Source: Macrostomum lignano (Eukaryota). From it: DNA of 32,923 bases. The stretch is taken from contig NIVC01004864.1 in the NCBI GenBank assembly GCA_002269645.1, forward strand, positions 1 to 32,923. Direction: 5' to 3'. Position numbers and translations under genes: made by a program. Shown here piece by piece: positions 20,825 through 32,905 of the stretch (position 1 is the stretch's first letter; the number at the start of each line of letters is the position of its first letter). The notes beneath the pieces are model-generated. The model was not told the origin of the DNA and made no database searches. It was given only the letters and a program-made list of their open reading frames with translations.

Positions 20825-23279
20825 TCACCGCTTAGGCTGCTTCTTGCTCAGCCATTGATCGTGCTTAGCAAAGGCGGTGCTCAGCAGGCTCCTGAGCTGG
20901 CTGACGGCTTCGGGCCGGCGCTGGGCCAGCGGCTGTATCCGGTCCGAGTCCAGCTTGGTCAGGGCGGCCCGCACCCTGGTCAGCTTGGCCTCCAGAGCGG
21001 CGCTGGTCACGGGGAAGCAGGCCCAGAAATGGCGCAGCAGCTCTGCAAGGGTGCGCGCCAAAGCGCGGATCTCCTCGATATGGGCACCAGAAGCCTGCTG
21101 CTGCGCCTCTTGACGGGCGCGCCTGGAGCCGGGGACAACGCCGGACAGGCGGCCGCCAACAGACAGATCGCGCAGCGCCTCCACGGCCTCCTCGGCGGTG
21201 CAGGCTGACGATAGGCGCAGATTTGGCCAGGAGTCCAGGTGGTTGAGGCTGCGAGCCACTGCGCGGGACAGCTGAGGGTTGAAGAGGACAAAGGTGCGGT
21301 TCAAAGTCCAGGGTGTAAACCAAACTTAAGGAGTGGAAATTTAGACTGCCAGGGTCTGCTATAGAGTCAATAGGTGCAACTAAGAACCCAGCAACACTCG
21401 GAGAGCTACTTCCGGTTCGAAAATTTACTGCCCGTTTGAAGAGCCACTTCCGGTTCGGAGAGTCACTTCCAGTTCGGAGAACTACTTCCGGTTTGGAGAG
21501 CCACTTCTGGTTCGGAGAGCTACTTCCCGTTCGGAGAGCTACTTCTGGTTCGGAGAGACACTTCCGGTTCGGAAAGTTACTTCCGGTTCGGAAAGCTACT
21601 TCCGGTCTAGAAAGCTACTTTCAGTCTAGAAAGCTACTTCCAGTCTGGAAAGCTACTTCTGATTCAGAGAGCTACTTCCGATTCGAAGAGCTACTTCCGA
21701 TTCGGAGAGCTACTTTCGGTTCGGAGAGTCACTTCCGGTTCGGAAAGTTACTCCCGGTTCGGAAAGTTACTCCCGGTTCGAAAAGTTACTTCCCGTCTGA
21801 AAAGCTACTTTTGGTTCGGAGAGCCACTTCCGGTTTGGAACTACTTCTGGTTTGGAAAGCTATTTCTGGTCTGGAAAGCTTTTTCTGATTCAGAGAGCTT
21901 TTTCGGGTTCGGAGAGCTACTTCCGGTGGGGGAGCTACTTCCCATTCAGAGAGTTACTTCCGGTTCGGAGAGCTACTTCCGGTTCGGAGAGCTTACTTCC
22001 GGTTCGGAGAGCTACTTCCGGTTCGGAGAGCTTACTTCCGGTTCGAAGAGCTACTTCCGGTTCGGAGAGCTACTTCCGGTTCGGAGAGCTTACTTCCGGT
22101 TCGGAGAGCTACTTCCGGTTCGGAGAGCTACTTCCGGTTCGGAGAGCTACTTCCGGTTCGGAGAGCTACTTCCGGTTCGGAGAGCTACTTCCGGTTTGGA
22201 AAGTTACGTCCTACGGTGCAGACCAGTCTCAAGGGGAGTGTAAACTTAGACTCACAGGGGTGTGACCTAGAGTCAATAGGTGCAACAGAGCCCAGCAATC
22301 TGGCACGCTTGGCACAAAAATGACAGCTCTCACCTGAGCATCGGGCAGCCGAGAAGGCAGGTCACCAACAGGAGCCCCGCTACCGCTGCTGCCCTCGTCG
22401 CCGCCAGACTGCGCCGCGGGGCCGAACAGGTACCTCTCGATGCGCTCCAGCGCCATAGCGTCAGCTGCCGCCATCTCGGCCTCGGCCTCGTCCGCGCCAA
22501 CGTCGCCCAGATCGTCAAACCGGGTGAGCTCGCGCAATTTCCTCCGCTTGCTGGCCAGCTGTCCGTCGTCGTTATCGCCGTCCCGATCGGCGCCAGCAGC
22601 GCTGGAAGCCGCAGCTGCCGCATCTCCGTTAGTCCCGTTGGTGGCGGCCGCTGCCGACCCGGACGTGTCCGGCTCCGACTGCAGCACCATCAGCGAGTGC
22701 TGGTTGCACCGCCGGATCAGCTGCTGCCCGCCAGTTGTCGACGAACTGCCGCCGCCAGCCGAAGCGCCGGTTGCTGCAGCGCCGCCGCCAACGGAGCTCG
22801 GCGCCTCCTCGTCCCTGTAGGTGTCCGCGTCCGCCAGCCGCGTGAGGTCCACGAACACGTCCGGGGTGATTCGCTCCATCACTCGGCGGAACGCGGCCTC
22901 GTCCTCGGCTGCGCAGTCGGCGAACACCTCGTCGCGGGCCACGTGCAGCCGGTCGCGGTGGAAGTAGTGGCTCTGGAAGAAGCGCAGCCAGAACTCCTGC
23001 TCGGAGACGGCCTGCGGCACCAGCTGCGCGTGCTTCCTGCGCACCGCCGGGTAGGTGGCGAAGATGGCCTGTATGATGTCGGCGGTGAGGCTGTACTTGA
23101 ACCCGCCGTCCTGCGACACCGGCTTGATGGCCGACAGAAAGTCCGCGCTGACGCCCGCCCGCTGCTGCTGCTGCTGGCTTGTCTGGGCCGCTGATGCCGA
23201 CGAAGCTGACGAGGAAGCTGGCGCGGGCTGGGGAGGCTTCTGCTGCTGCCTGAGGATGGGGAGTCCGGGTTGGCTAGAC

Positions 23280-23354
<75 letters not shown>

Positions 23355-23379
23355 GAGATAGATAGAAAGACAGATAGAC

Positions 23380-23418
<39 letters not shown>

Positions 23419-23468
23419 AAGACAGATAGACAGATAGATAGATAGACAGATAGACAGATAGATAGATG

Positions 23469-23499
<31 letters not shown>

Positions 23500-23509
23500 G
23501 GATAGATAG

Positions 23510-23540
<31 letters not shown>

Positions 23541-23551
23541 GATAGAAAGAC

Positions 23552-23602
<51 letters not shown>

Positions 23603-24228
23603 AAGACAGATAGATAGATGGATAGATAGATAGATAGATAGATCTCACTGGACTTGCAAGGCGATTGTCAAGGACAACCACCAGACAGGACTGATCGGGC
23701 ACGGGACAAACACACCAGACAGAACAGCAGCTACTCGGTAAGCAGTACTCAAGAAACCCACCGGGGCTCTGCCAGGTGCTGGTAGGTGGACCAGAACTCG
23801 TCAGCTCCCACAATGCCGGTGGGCACCAGGTCCTTGTACAGCTGCAGCAGCTCCGGGTTGCGCTCCAACAGGCTGGTTTTGCCTTCAAATTCGGCGAATA
23901 AATGCTGACGGAATCTGGGCAGCAACTGCATGAGCAGCTCCTTGACTGCGTCCCGATCCTTGAGCTGCTGCTCGTGGCCAGCGGGGTTGCTGAACAGGAA
24001 AGTCTCCTTCACGCCCGAGTGCAGCTCCAGCTGCAGCTGCACTTTCTCCTTCTTCATCGGTGACACCAGCTGAGCTTTGACGTCCTGGTAAGCCACGGTC
24101 AGCTTGAGCAGGTCGCTGCGCTGACTGGACCAGCCAACCCGCGTGGCCATGAGGTACAGAGTGCCCTGAGTAGTCTTGTAGCGAACATGCTCAGTGCTCA
24201 GCAGGATCTCTTCCCCGCCGCCGGACAT
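20825..24228 (-). CDS. GTF2H1: TFIIH subunit p62 (Tfb1), 617 aa; exons 24228-23762, 23273-22334 and 21271-20825
   Basis: PH domain EEILL...VRYK...[12 protein letters not shown]...[16 protein letters not shown] regions LLQLYKDLV...EEFW and [18 protein letters not shown]...[17 protein letters not shown]-terminus [11 protein letters not shown]. The GT-AG introns are phase 2 and phase 0 and give a continuous 1854-nt frame. Confidence 0.93.
21398..22205. repeat. ~19-bp satellite array in GTF2H1 intron 2
   Basis: Near-perfect GAGCTACTTCCGGTTCGGA units at 21950-22200; degenerate to the left. Confidence 0.93.
23276..23642. repeat. (GATA)n microsatellite in GTF2H1 intron 1
   Basis: Directly visible; it abuts the acceptor. 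Confidence 0.97.
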
Positions 24229-26376
24229 CTCAGCTCAGCCTGATGATGGAGGAGAGGCTTGGGGTGGCTGGCCGCCACAGTGACAGACAATTCAGGCTGG
24301 GATTTGTATTGGGACTGGTGACAAATAAGTCGGAATGAGGGAAGTTGAGCAGAAAGCAAAGTGGGCGGAATCATGAGCTCAGGCATTAAGATCCTGAGTT
24401 TTGGTAGAGAGCATTAATTATCCACTATTATACTCAAATTGCACAATAATGACACTAAGTCTTCAGTTGAATATTGTTATTATTTAAGGTCTCAATAAAC
24501 AGTTTTTAATTTTACTCTTTTAGGCCAAGATAAAAAATTGATTTATATTTTCAAACCAAAATGCCTAATTTAACTATACTCAGTTATGAAATCAGTTAAT
24601 AAAATAAAATTTATAAAGCATGAATATCCAATATGCCATTGCAAAGTATAGACTGGATGAATACTTATTTTAAAACTTAAAGACCAAATGCTTTCCCTAC
24701 ATATTGCTTTAAATTCAAATAGTCCTTGGTTGACTCATTCCTTGCTCTGCTCTAGTCATGTTTTTAAATAAAAAACAAGTAAAACATTTTTGTAATATTC
24801 ATTGTGTTATAACTGGTTATATAATCTTGAATCTAAAAAATACTTTTAAATTATTCCAACATTCCTCTATAAAATAGGTGCTAAGGTTAAAGATGATCAA
24901 GAAGTGGCCTAGCAAGTTGCAGTGAAAGAATTATCTTCTATTATGTCATTATGACACTATGCCAGTGTATACTAGCATTACTAGTAGATAATAAGAATGC
25001 ATACTAGTAAAAAGCAATAAATACTTATTCTTAGACTTATTTAGACCAATAATTAGACTATACATAGATCTATTCTAGACTTGTATATAGAAATTAACCC
25101 AAGGAATTCAGGTCTAACTAATAAATAAATTATATTAAAGATAACCTATCACAACTTTAGTGTTAATAGTAAAATATTAAAGAGAAAAAAAGAGGCTTAT
25201 AACAATTTCATTTTACTTTTTAAGATTGAAGTAAAGCATTATGACAATTTTGGTATTAGCTATAGAATAGAAGAAAGATCTATTATATTATAGCTTTGAT
25301 ATTAATAGATAAAATTTATGAGACAAGGGAAACCCTTAGCCCTAGGACAACTTTTGTGACAATAGTAGAATTGAAATAGACTTAGCATTAGGCCTATCAT
25401 AGCATTGAGGGCAAAGGTAAGCCTAGAATATTCTTAAAATAATACAAAACCCTTATTAGGCCAACAATTTTGTCTTTGGCATCAGGTTTTGCAACAGAAA
25501 TAACCCCTACTATATTATAAAGCCAAAATGTTGGGCTATTCTAGTTTTTTTATATTAGACATTTTTATCAATAGATAGAGGATAAAAGGTTAAAAAAATA
25601 TTGAAAAGAAATTTATTAAGTAAAAAAATAAATTAAAAATAATTTTAACAAACCTAATCTATAGGAAAGATATACAATATACAAGGGAAATTTCTATTAT
25701 ATATTGGCTTTACTTGTTATACCTATCAAATATATGATCAGGCCAAGTTATGTTTATAGCCATTGCATGCATTAAAAACTATTATAGGCCTATATAGCTA
25801 TATTTGCAATAATAATTATTATATAGTATGACTTAGTCTAACTTAATGACTAATAAATATTTAGCTAAAATGATTATAACAATATTAATGCTAAGCTAAT
25901 AGACAGTTAATAATTATTCAAAAAAGCATTAATAAAAAAATTATATTATCGCTTTTAGAAAATGTTCTTTTTTGTACAATAGCTATAAAATAGTTTAAAA
26001 TTTGAAGTCCATTAAAGTATTTTCCTTCTTTGTAAGCTCTAGAAAACTATAGCATTGGTAATGGTATTCTTATATTGTTTGCAATTTTTTAAATTAATTT
26101 TATTTTGCATTGCTTTTATATAATAATTTTGTTCTGGCTTTCTATTGTATCTCTCTATTAATTGAATTATATACAAAGTCCATTTTAAAATTTACCTTCT
26201 ATTATGCAAAAACATGTTATTTCTTCCCATAGTTTGGATTATACATTAGTATACACCAGGTCTAATGTTGGAAAAAATTGAGAACATTTGTACAATAGAA
26301 CAAAAATATATACTCTTGTCTTGATATATGCTAAGAAATCTTGGTATACATGTTACCTTCTAACATGCTTGGGCAT

Positions 26377-26524
26377 AACCTAGGGATTTACCCAGCCATT
26401 TCTATTGGCAACACACACATGTAAGTCGCTATTGGACGGAATAGTAGTCACGTGACTACTCTCAGCTAATAGTGACTTACATGTGTGTGTTGCCAATAGA
26501 AATGGCCAGGTGAATCCCTAGGTT
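26377..26524. mobile_element. 148-bp foldback/MITE-like element
   Basis: 57-bp inverted arms (26377-26433 and 26468-26524, 4 mismatches) around the perfect 18-bp palindrome AGTAGTCACGTGACTACT (26443-26460). No clear TSD. Confidence 0.6.
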
Positions 26525-28970
26525 GCGCATATATGCCTTCTAAGCTATAAATCTCTTTGACTATGGACATAATAGGCCTACAAACAAGTTTTTAGGCAAA
26601 AAAACATGGTGCCTAATAGGTAAAATACATTAGGAAGGCCTACAAAAGTGTTGAAAATTTAAAATACAAAGTCTAAAGATTTTTTTCAAATTATAAGATA
26701 ACCTTTTTATTGATCAATTTTCTAAAGTAAGGTGTCCTTATATTTGGACAAGTAAGATTTATCAAATAAAAAATAGGCCTATACTAAAAGTTATTTTCGA
26801 ATTCTTACTGGAGTCCCTACTGTGGCCACTAGGCATAAAGCAAATAGTAGCTAGGCCTAGCCATGATTGCAATTTATTCATATTTTAAAACTCAATGACA
26901 ATAAAAGTTTGACTCAATTAAAATTTTAACAAAGCACCAACCATCATTTTAGGCCTATTAGGACATGAAAGTCTTCCAAAGTAGTGCTGTAATATAGTGA
27001 ACTTAGTGTACTATATATAAAGTCATGAACAAAAAACAAGGCATTGAATTAGGTCAGGGCTATTAGTTAGTATTATTACTAGGGCAACTCGGCCAGCTGG
27101 CCAGGGCAAGGGGCAATAAGAATTTAGCTTTTTCTTTTCATTTATTTTATAAAAGTAACATAAGTAGGCCTTAGTAATATCATATAATATCAAATAGTCG
27201 TCGCTAGCAAATATTACATATGATTCAGATTCTCTTGCGGCAGTCGGGTTACCACCTTGTTTATTGAAATTTCATAGTAATAATATTTACACACCGTCGA
27301 TAGTAAATTTTTTGTGAATTTAATTGCGTGCCCCCAACTCCCGGAAATTTTTCGCGTTGCTTTCCCAACGTTTGTTTAATACGTCACCTTCCCGTATGTT
27401 GACTTTGTTCGTCCTTGTCTTGTCCTTCTATTTTGTCCCACTGATGAATCGATGCTTTCCCACTCTTGTTTGCTGAATTTTGCCGTTTATTTCTGCGCTA
27501 TTTGTTTTTTCTCAACCCTGTGCCCACTTCCTTGTCCAACCTGCTGCCCAACTGCCCGTCCAAGTCTCGTCCTTGTTGTTGAATTTTTGTAAACCTATTT
27601 ATTGCGAGTCTCAGGCTCTTCTGCCAAAAACCTCCCCCTCCTTCCTTCTCGCAACCACCCGTGACCTTTGCGTTCAGTGAAGTTAAGTTAGAGTTGAGCC
27701 TGCGATAATATTTTAGTTTTCATTTAAGCTACTAGCAGCCGCACTTCACTTATTTATAGCGCACCGCGGCTCTGCTCGTTGTATTATTATTCGACCTAAA
27801 TACTTAATACCTGACTTCTAAACTAATTTATTTCTTAATATTCACTAACAACAATAAATAATAATAATAACAATCATCAGTAACTTTATTTTCGTCAATC
27901 AATTAATTAAGCCCATAGCCTATCTTGAGTCTTTGACCGCGGGGCGTAAAATAACCAAATAATTCTCATCTCAAAGAAAGCTCTGAGAATAGCTTCGTTC
28001 CGCAATTCGAGAATTACGGTGGTGGCAGCTTTACCCTACTGAAAGTAATCAGCTCAACAAATCGACGCATTAATTTACGGTGTCAGGATCTCCGGTGTTA
28101 CCATTTTGAACGACCGTGCCGCTAAAAGACCGCTCGCCTACGATTGAAACTACCCTCCCCCCGGAATTTGAGGACCCCGACTGTCGGAGTAAAACAGGAG
28201 AAAGAATTTCGTTGTGATTCGTCTGCGCGACTTTTCCGGATTTATTCGTGCGAATGCAACATCGACCGGTTTTCCAAGAAAACCCACTACAAAAATTCCA
28301 CTATTTTTTCTCCACCCCACCTCACTCTCTTACGAACTATAGTTCTTCGAAACATCACAAAATTTTGTCAAAAAGAAAGATTTAACAAACTCAATTTAGT
28401 ATGATTAAATAAATCAATATGCATTATTTGCAGGATGGCTGTGAAATCACTGGTGCAACGCCTTATTGAAATCGTTCCAAACCATAATTAGCGCTTTGGC
28501 GCCAATTTTCCGTTGACTGAGCACATACAAAGCGCACAGATTAGCCTACTGCACGCAGGCACGCACCGTAGTGATGCACAAGCTCATACAGATTGTACTT
28601 GTACAGCGGCCCTGACTGTATAATCGTCAGGGGCCCGTGCTATAGAATACTCTTAACTCCTAAATCCTTAAGAGTGTCCTAACTCCTAGCTCCTAGCTGG
28701 CTTTTCTGTGCTATAGAATCAAGAGTAAATTTTAAGAGCTAGGAGGCTCCTTAAGGACGTTAGGAGACTCCTGGGTGAATTTAGGAGAACTCATTAAGGT
28801 CCGTGGCATGCTATAGAATTAGGAGAGGAAGTCTAGGAGCTAGGAGTTGGCTTTTAGGAGTGATTCTAGGAGCGCGTGTCCTATAGAATGAGAAAATTTC
28901 GCTCCTAACTCTTGACTCCTAAGCAAGAGTTCAAGGGCCAATTTTCACTCTCAGACAAGCTAGGATTATA

Positions 28971-29129
28971 ATGTTTTCGGACAGCGAATCGGATTCTGAT
29001 GAGGAAAGAGTCAATGATAGACGCCGTCGACAATTTAAGGCAAGAATTAATTTTTTTAAAGAAGATCCAGCCGAGAGTGCTATGCGTTTTAGACTTAACG
29101 AGATCCAGCTAGCTAGCTTTCAAGCCTAA
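28971..29129 (+). pseudogene. Truncated Harbinger transposase N-terminus (52 aa)
   Basis: MFSDSESDSDEERVNDRRRRQFKARINFFKEDPAESAMRFRLNE: the acidic start, R-rich stretch and RFRL motif typical of Harbinger transposase N-termini. Confidence 0.55.
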
Positions 29130-29179
29130 CAGGTGGAATTCGACACAGAATCGAATATCCAACACGGTGCACATAGCAA

Positions 29180-29279
29180 TCTTCGCATTCTTAGTTATGG
29201 TTGTACTAAACGCACCAAAGAGAACCTCTTTGGGTGCAGCGACGGCTCTCACAAATGATATTTTTTGAGCAATTTGCAT
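29180..29279 (-). pseudogene. Truncated Myb/SANT-like ORF of Harbinger
   Basis: MQIAQKISFVRAVAAPKEVLFGAFSTTITKNAK resembles the start of Harbinger Myb/SANT-like domains (VLFGxFS..IT). Confidence 0.5.
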
Positions 29280-30233
29280 TTTCACTCCTGAGATTCAATC
29301 CTTAAGGATCGTAAAGTTAGGATTGTGATATAGCACACAATTCTCTATCATCCTTAAACGATTGCGCAACACTCCTTGAACACACCCCCTACTAGGCTGC
29401 ACTCCTTGCAAGAACTCCTATAGCTCCTAACTCTTAACTCCTGATTCTATAGCACACAAAATCCAATCACTCCTTGTCAAGAGTACTCTTGAGTCCTAGC
29501 TCCTAGCTCCTGATTCTATAGCACGGGCCCCAAGTCACACACGCAGTCACACTTCACACGCAGCCACAAAGTTTGGATCAAGAACAGAAAAATCCGAGAT
29601 TACGAGATTCCGATGCAGCACCCTGAAGCAAAATTATTGATTTCCACAACGGGTCACAAGGTGGGGTGGGGGACAAAGCATTGGCATGCCCCCCCATAGA
29701 TTTAACTGGGGGGACATGCCCCCCCCCCTGGTGGCGACGCCCCTGCTTCTCTCCTCTCCTCTCCTCCTCTCCCTTCTCTCCTCTCCTTTCTCTCTTCTCC
29801 CTTCTCTCTTCTCTGGCGCAAGCAAACAGTACTCAGTTCTTGCCAAAAACTTGTTATCCAAATACTCGCTGACAAAACAGCTTTGGAATCAATGCACCAG
29901 CGACCTGCTTGGGGTTTCTGTCCACGAAAAAATGTCTGCGTGCATCCGAAAATGTAGAAAAAAAGAAAATAATGAAATCGCACTGTAGTCATTTAAAGCA
30001 ATGAAATCATCGCGGGAAATGCAATCGCGCGCATCCGTTACGGCGCACTTGTATTTAAATGGATCTCTGAAGCCAAGCACAGACAGCAGTTCAGGACCAA
30101 GGACTACTTAAGGAAATTTTTAGGAGGCCGGTTTCACCGAAGAAATACAAATTAGAAAGAAAAATTGAAAACCTGCCTTCTAAAATTTTCCAAGAAGCGT
30201 AGTTTCCCGTCTTTCTACTTGAGCAGTCCTTGC

Positions 30234-32638
30234 TCAGGACTCAAGCCGCACACAGTGCCAACCCAGCTCAGGCACGAGGCCCTCCTCAGACTCAGTGGCA
30301 GACTTGGGCAGCGCAGTGAGCAGATGCATCGGGCCGCCGATCTGTGCCTGGTTGTCGGCCGTCAGCTCGGGCACGTCGGACCTTTGCGGCGACCCCAACG
30401 GCGGCAGTGCGGCGCCTTTCGTGGCCGGGGCGCGAAAGAAGATGTGCCTGGCCAGCTGCCAGTCCACGAACTCGTGGCGCTGCCAGGCCAGGTAGGAGTG
30501 GTCCCGGTACGTGTCATTGCTCAGAATGTGACAGCGCGGGCCCGAGCTGAGGGCGGCGTGCAGAGCGAACAGGTCGTCAGCTGCGGCAGTTTGGAACAGG
30601 CTGATGGCGCCGATGCCTCCGTGCTGGGAGCGGAGCTTTTCCAGCAGAGCCTGCGGTTGAAGATGTTTCTTGGAAAATTTACTGCTAATACTGGGAAAGG
30701 TGTCCCGTGCATACAGTAACGCTGGCACTGTATAAGAGTCGCTCAATGTGTCACTCATTGTGTTGCTCATTGTGTCGCTCAATGTATTGCTCATTGTGTT
30801 GCTCATTGTATTGATCATTGTATTGCTCATTGTATTGCTCATTGTGTTGCTCATTGTGTCGCTCATTGTATTGCTCATTGTGTTGGTCATTGTGTCGCTC
30901 ATTGTATTGCTCATTGTGTCGCTCATTGTGTTGCTCATTGTGTTGCTCATTGTGTCGCTCATTGTATTGCTCATTGTGTCGCTCATTGTATTGCTCATTG
31001 TGTCGCTCATTGTATTGCTCATTGTGTCGCTCATTGTATTGCTCATTGTGTCGCTCATTGTATTGCTCATTGTGTCGCTCATTGTATTGCTCATTGTATT
31101 GCTCATTGTATTGCTCATTGTGTTGCTCATTGTGTCGCTCATTGTGTTGCTCATTGTGTTGGTCATTGTGTCGCTCATTGTATTGCTCATTGTGTTGCTC
31201 ATTGTGTCGCTCATTGTGTTGGTCATTGTGTCGCTCATTGTGTTGCTCATTGTATCGCTCATTGTGTTGCTCAATGTACTGCTCATTTTGTCGCTCATTG
31301 TGTTGCTCATTGTATCGCTCATTGTGTTGCTCAATGTACTGCTCATTGTGTCGCTCATTGTGTTGCTCATTGTGTTGCTCATTGTATTGCTCATTGTGTC
31401 GCTGACTGTGTCGCTGACTGTGTCACTGACTGTCGCTAATTGCAACACCAATTCAGGTTTTATTTACCTGAAATTTGCGCAGCTGGGCGTCCCGGCCGGT
31501 GCTATACTTGTACAGCAAGCCAATGTGCAGCGGTTTTGGCGCCCGCTGTCCACGAATCATCCAGTTGACAGCGTCTGACAGGTGCTGACTGCTTCATCGT
31601 GTAATGAAGCTGCGAATAAAAAGGTAGGTTAAGCGAATAAGTTACTTAACTTGACTTAATCTGATAATTGTCAGGCCAATGCTCCTTCGTACATGGTCTT
31701 TGTTAGGAACAAATGACATCATAGTGTGACTCGACCGATTACGGGTCATTGTCTAAGATCTCTGACTAGAAGTCTTTGTCCAATCTAAATCTGACTAGAA
31801 GTCTTTGTCCAATCTAAATCTGACTAGAGGTCTTTGTCCAATCTAAATCTTGTTCGTTTTTTGGGACGAGTAAGAAAATTGATCGAGTCTCAGCCTTTAG
31901 CTTAACTCTGCAGACGCTTGGTCTTTTCAATTATATAACTTTTAAGCCACCGAATTGAACTGTTGTCCATAGACATCAATAGGATTCTCAGCCGTTGACG
32001 GCTACTAAGCAAAGTGCATTCTCTAATAAATAAAAGTTACAGTAACAAATCTGACTAGAGGTCTTTGTCAATCTAAATCTGACTAGAGGTCTTTGTCCAA
32101 TCTAAATCTGACTAGAGGTCTTTGTCCAATCTAAATCTAGAGGTCTTTGTCCATTTGAATCTGACTAGAGGTCTTTGTCCAATCTAAATCTGACTAGAGG
32201 TCTTTGTCCAATCTAAATCTGACTAGAGGTCTTTGTCCAATCTAAATCTGACTAGAGGTTATCTAAATCTGAAAGAGGTCTTTGTCTTTGTCCAATCTAA
32301 ATCTAGGGTCTAGATACATACATAGTTTTACCATATTAAGTCCAGCATACTAAACAATATAACAAAGACTCACCCATTGTGTATTGACCAGCCGGCCCCT
32401 GTGCAGCAGCAGATTGCTGGTGTCAACCACCAGATCGAAGGGCCCGTTAGCAGCCGACGTCTCAGCCAGCCAGCGCCTGTAGGCGGCCAAGACGGCCGGG
32501 GCGCGGCTGGCCGGCGCCGCCTGTCAGCACCCTGGAGACCGCGGCCAGGAGTTGGCAACCTCGCTTCGGTGGCTTCGGTGGGCTCCGGCCGGTAGGCAGC
32601 TGGTGGAAAGCGGCAGCCGCAGGCTGGGCAGCTGCGAG
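30234..32638 (-). CDS. PRORP: Protein-only RNase P (PRORP/MRPP3)-like, last three exons (32638-32374, 31609-31468, 30727-30234); several frameshifts; 5' part outside the window
   Basis: CPACG zinc pair; PFDLVVDTSN; ADDLFALHAALSSGPRCHILSNDTYRDH; FVDWQ; terminal MH...WHC. Splice sites TATCAG|, TGG|GTGAGT, TTATTCGCAG|, CAG|GTAAAT and TATACAG|. Confidence 0.8.
30740..31436. repeat. 12-bp tandem repeat (CTCATTGTGTTG variants), about 58 copies, in a PRORP intron
   Basis: Directly visible; source of the MSNT/MSDT and LIV ORFs. Confidence 0.96.
31762..32305. repeat. 29-bp repeat (CTGACTAGAGGTCTTTGTCCAATCTAAAT) in two blocks, 31762-31850 and 32047-32305
   Basis: Visible periodicity inside a PRORP intron. 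Confidence 0.92.
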
Positions 32639-32682
32639 CTGATAGGTGTTCGAGAATTGCCTTTTCGAGCTTATTTATATGT

Positions 32683-32905
32683 ACAGGTCTTTGTACCCAG
32701 CCTAAATTATATGCACAGGTCTTTGTATCCAGCCTAAATTATATGTTCAGGTCTTTGTACCCAGCCTAAATGATATGCACAGGTCTTTGTACCCAGCCTA
32801 AATTATATGCACAGGTCTTTGTATCCAGCCTAAATTATATGTACGAGTTAAATTATCGTACAGATCTTTGTACACAGCCTATATTATACGTATAGGTCTT
32901 TGTTT
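32683..32905. repeat. 32-bp repeat (CAGGTCTTTGTACCCAGCCTAAATTATATGCA)
   Basis: Visible periodicity upstream of the 32638 acceptor. Confidence 0.9.

Larger units (their letters stand above)
28631..29530. mobile_element. Non-autonomous PIF/Harbinger deletion derivative, 900 bp
   Basis: 18-bp TIRs GGGCCCGTGCTATAGAAT / ATTCTATAGCACGGGCCC, flanked by CAG and CAA (3-bp TSD with one mismatch). Many internal CTATAG and TAGGAG/CTCCTA subterminal motifs, plus 5' stubs of a transposase and a Myb-like ORF. Confidence 0.8.

Noticed and set aside
27250-28400. Possible retroelement 5' region or small ORFs
   Set aside because: No motif, terminal repeat or open frame I can support.
29655-29745. G/C-run segment ending CTGGTGGCGACGCCCCTG, resembling one end of a short interspersed element
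   Set aside because: No matching second end or TSD found nearby, so it cannot be delimited.
30728-31451. 405-aa ORF suggesting PRORP with an (MSNT/MSDT)n domain
   Set aside because: The repeat lies in a 740-bp GT-AG intron. Reading into it from the upstream exon meets TAA or TGA within a few codons, so it is not a retained in-frame intron.
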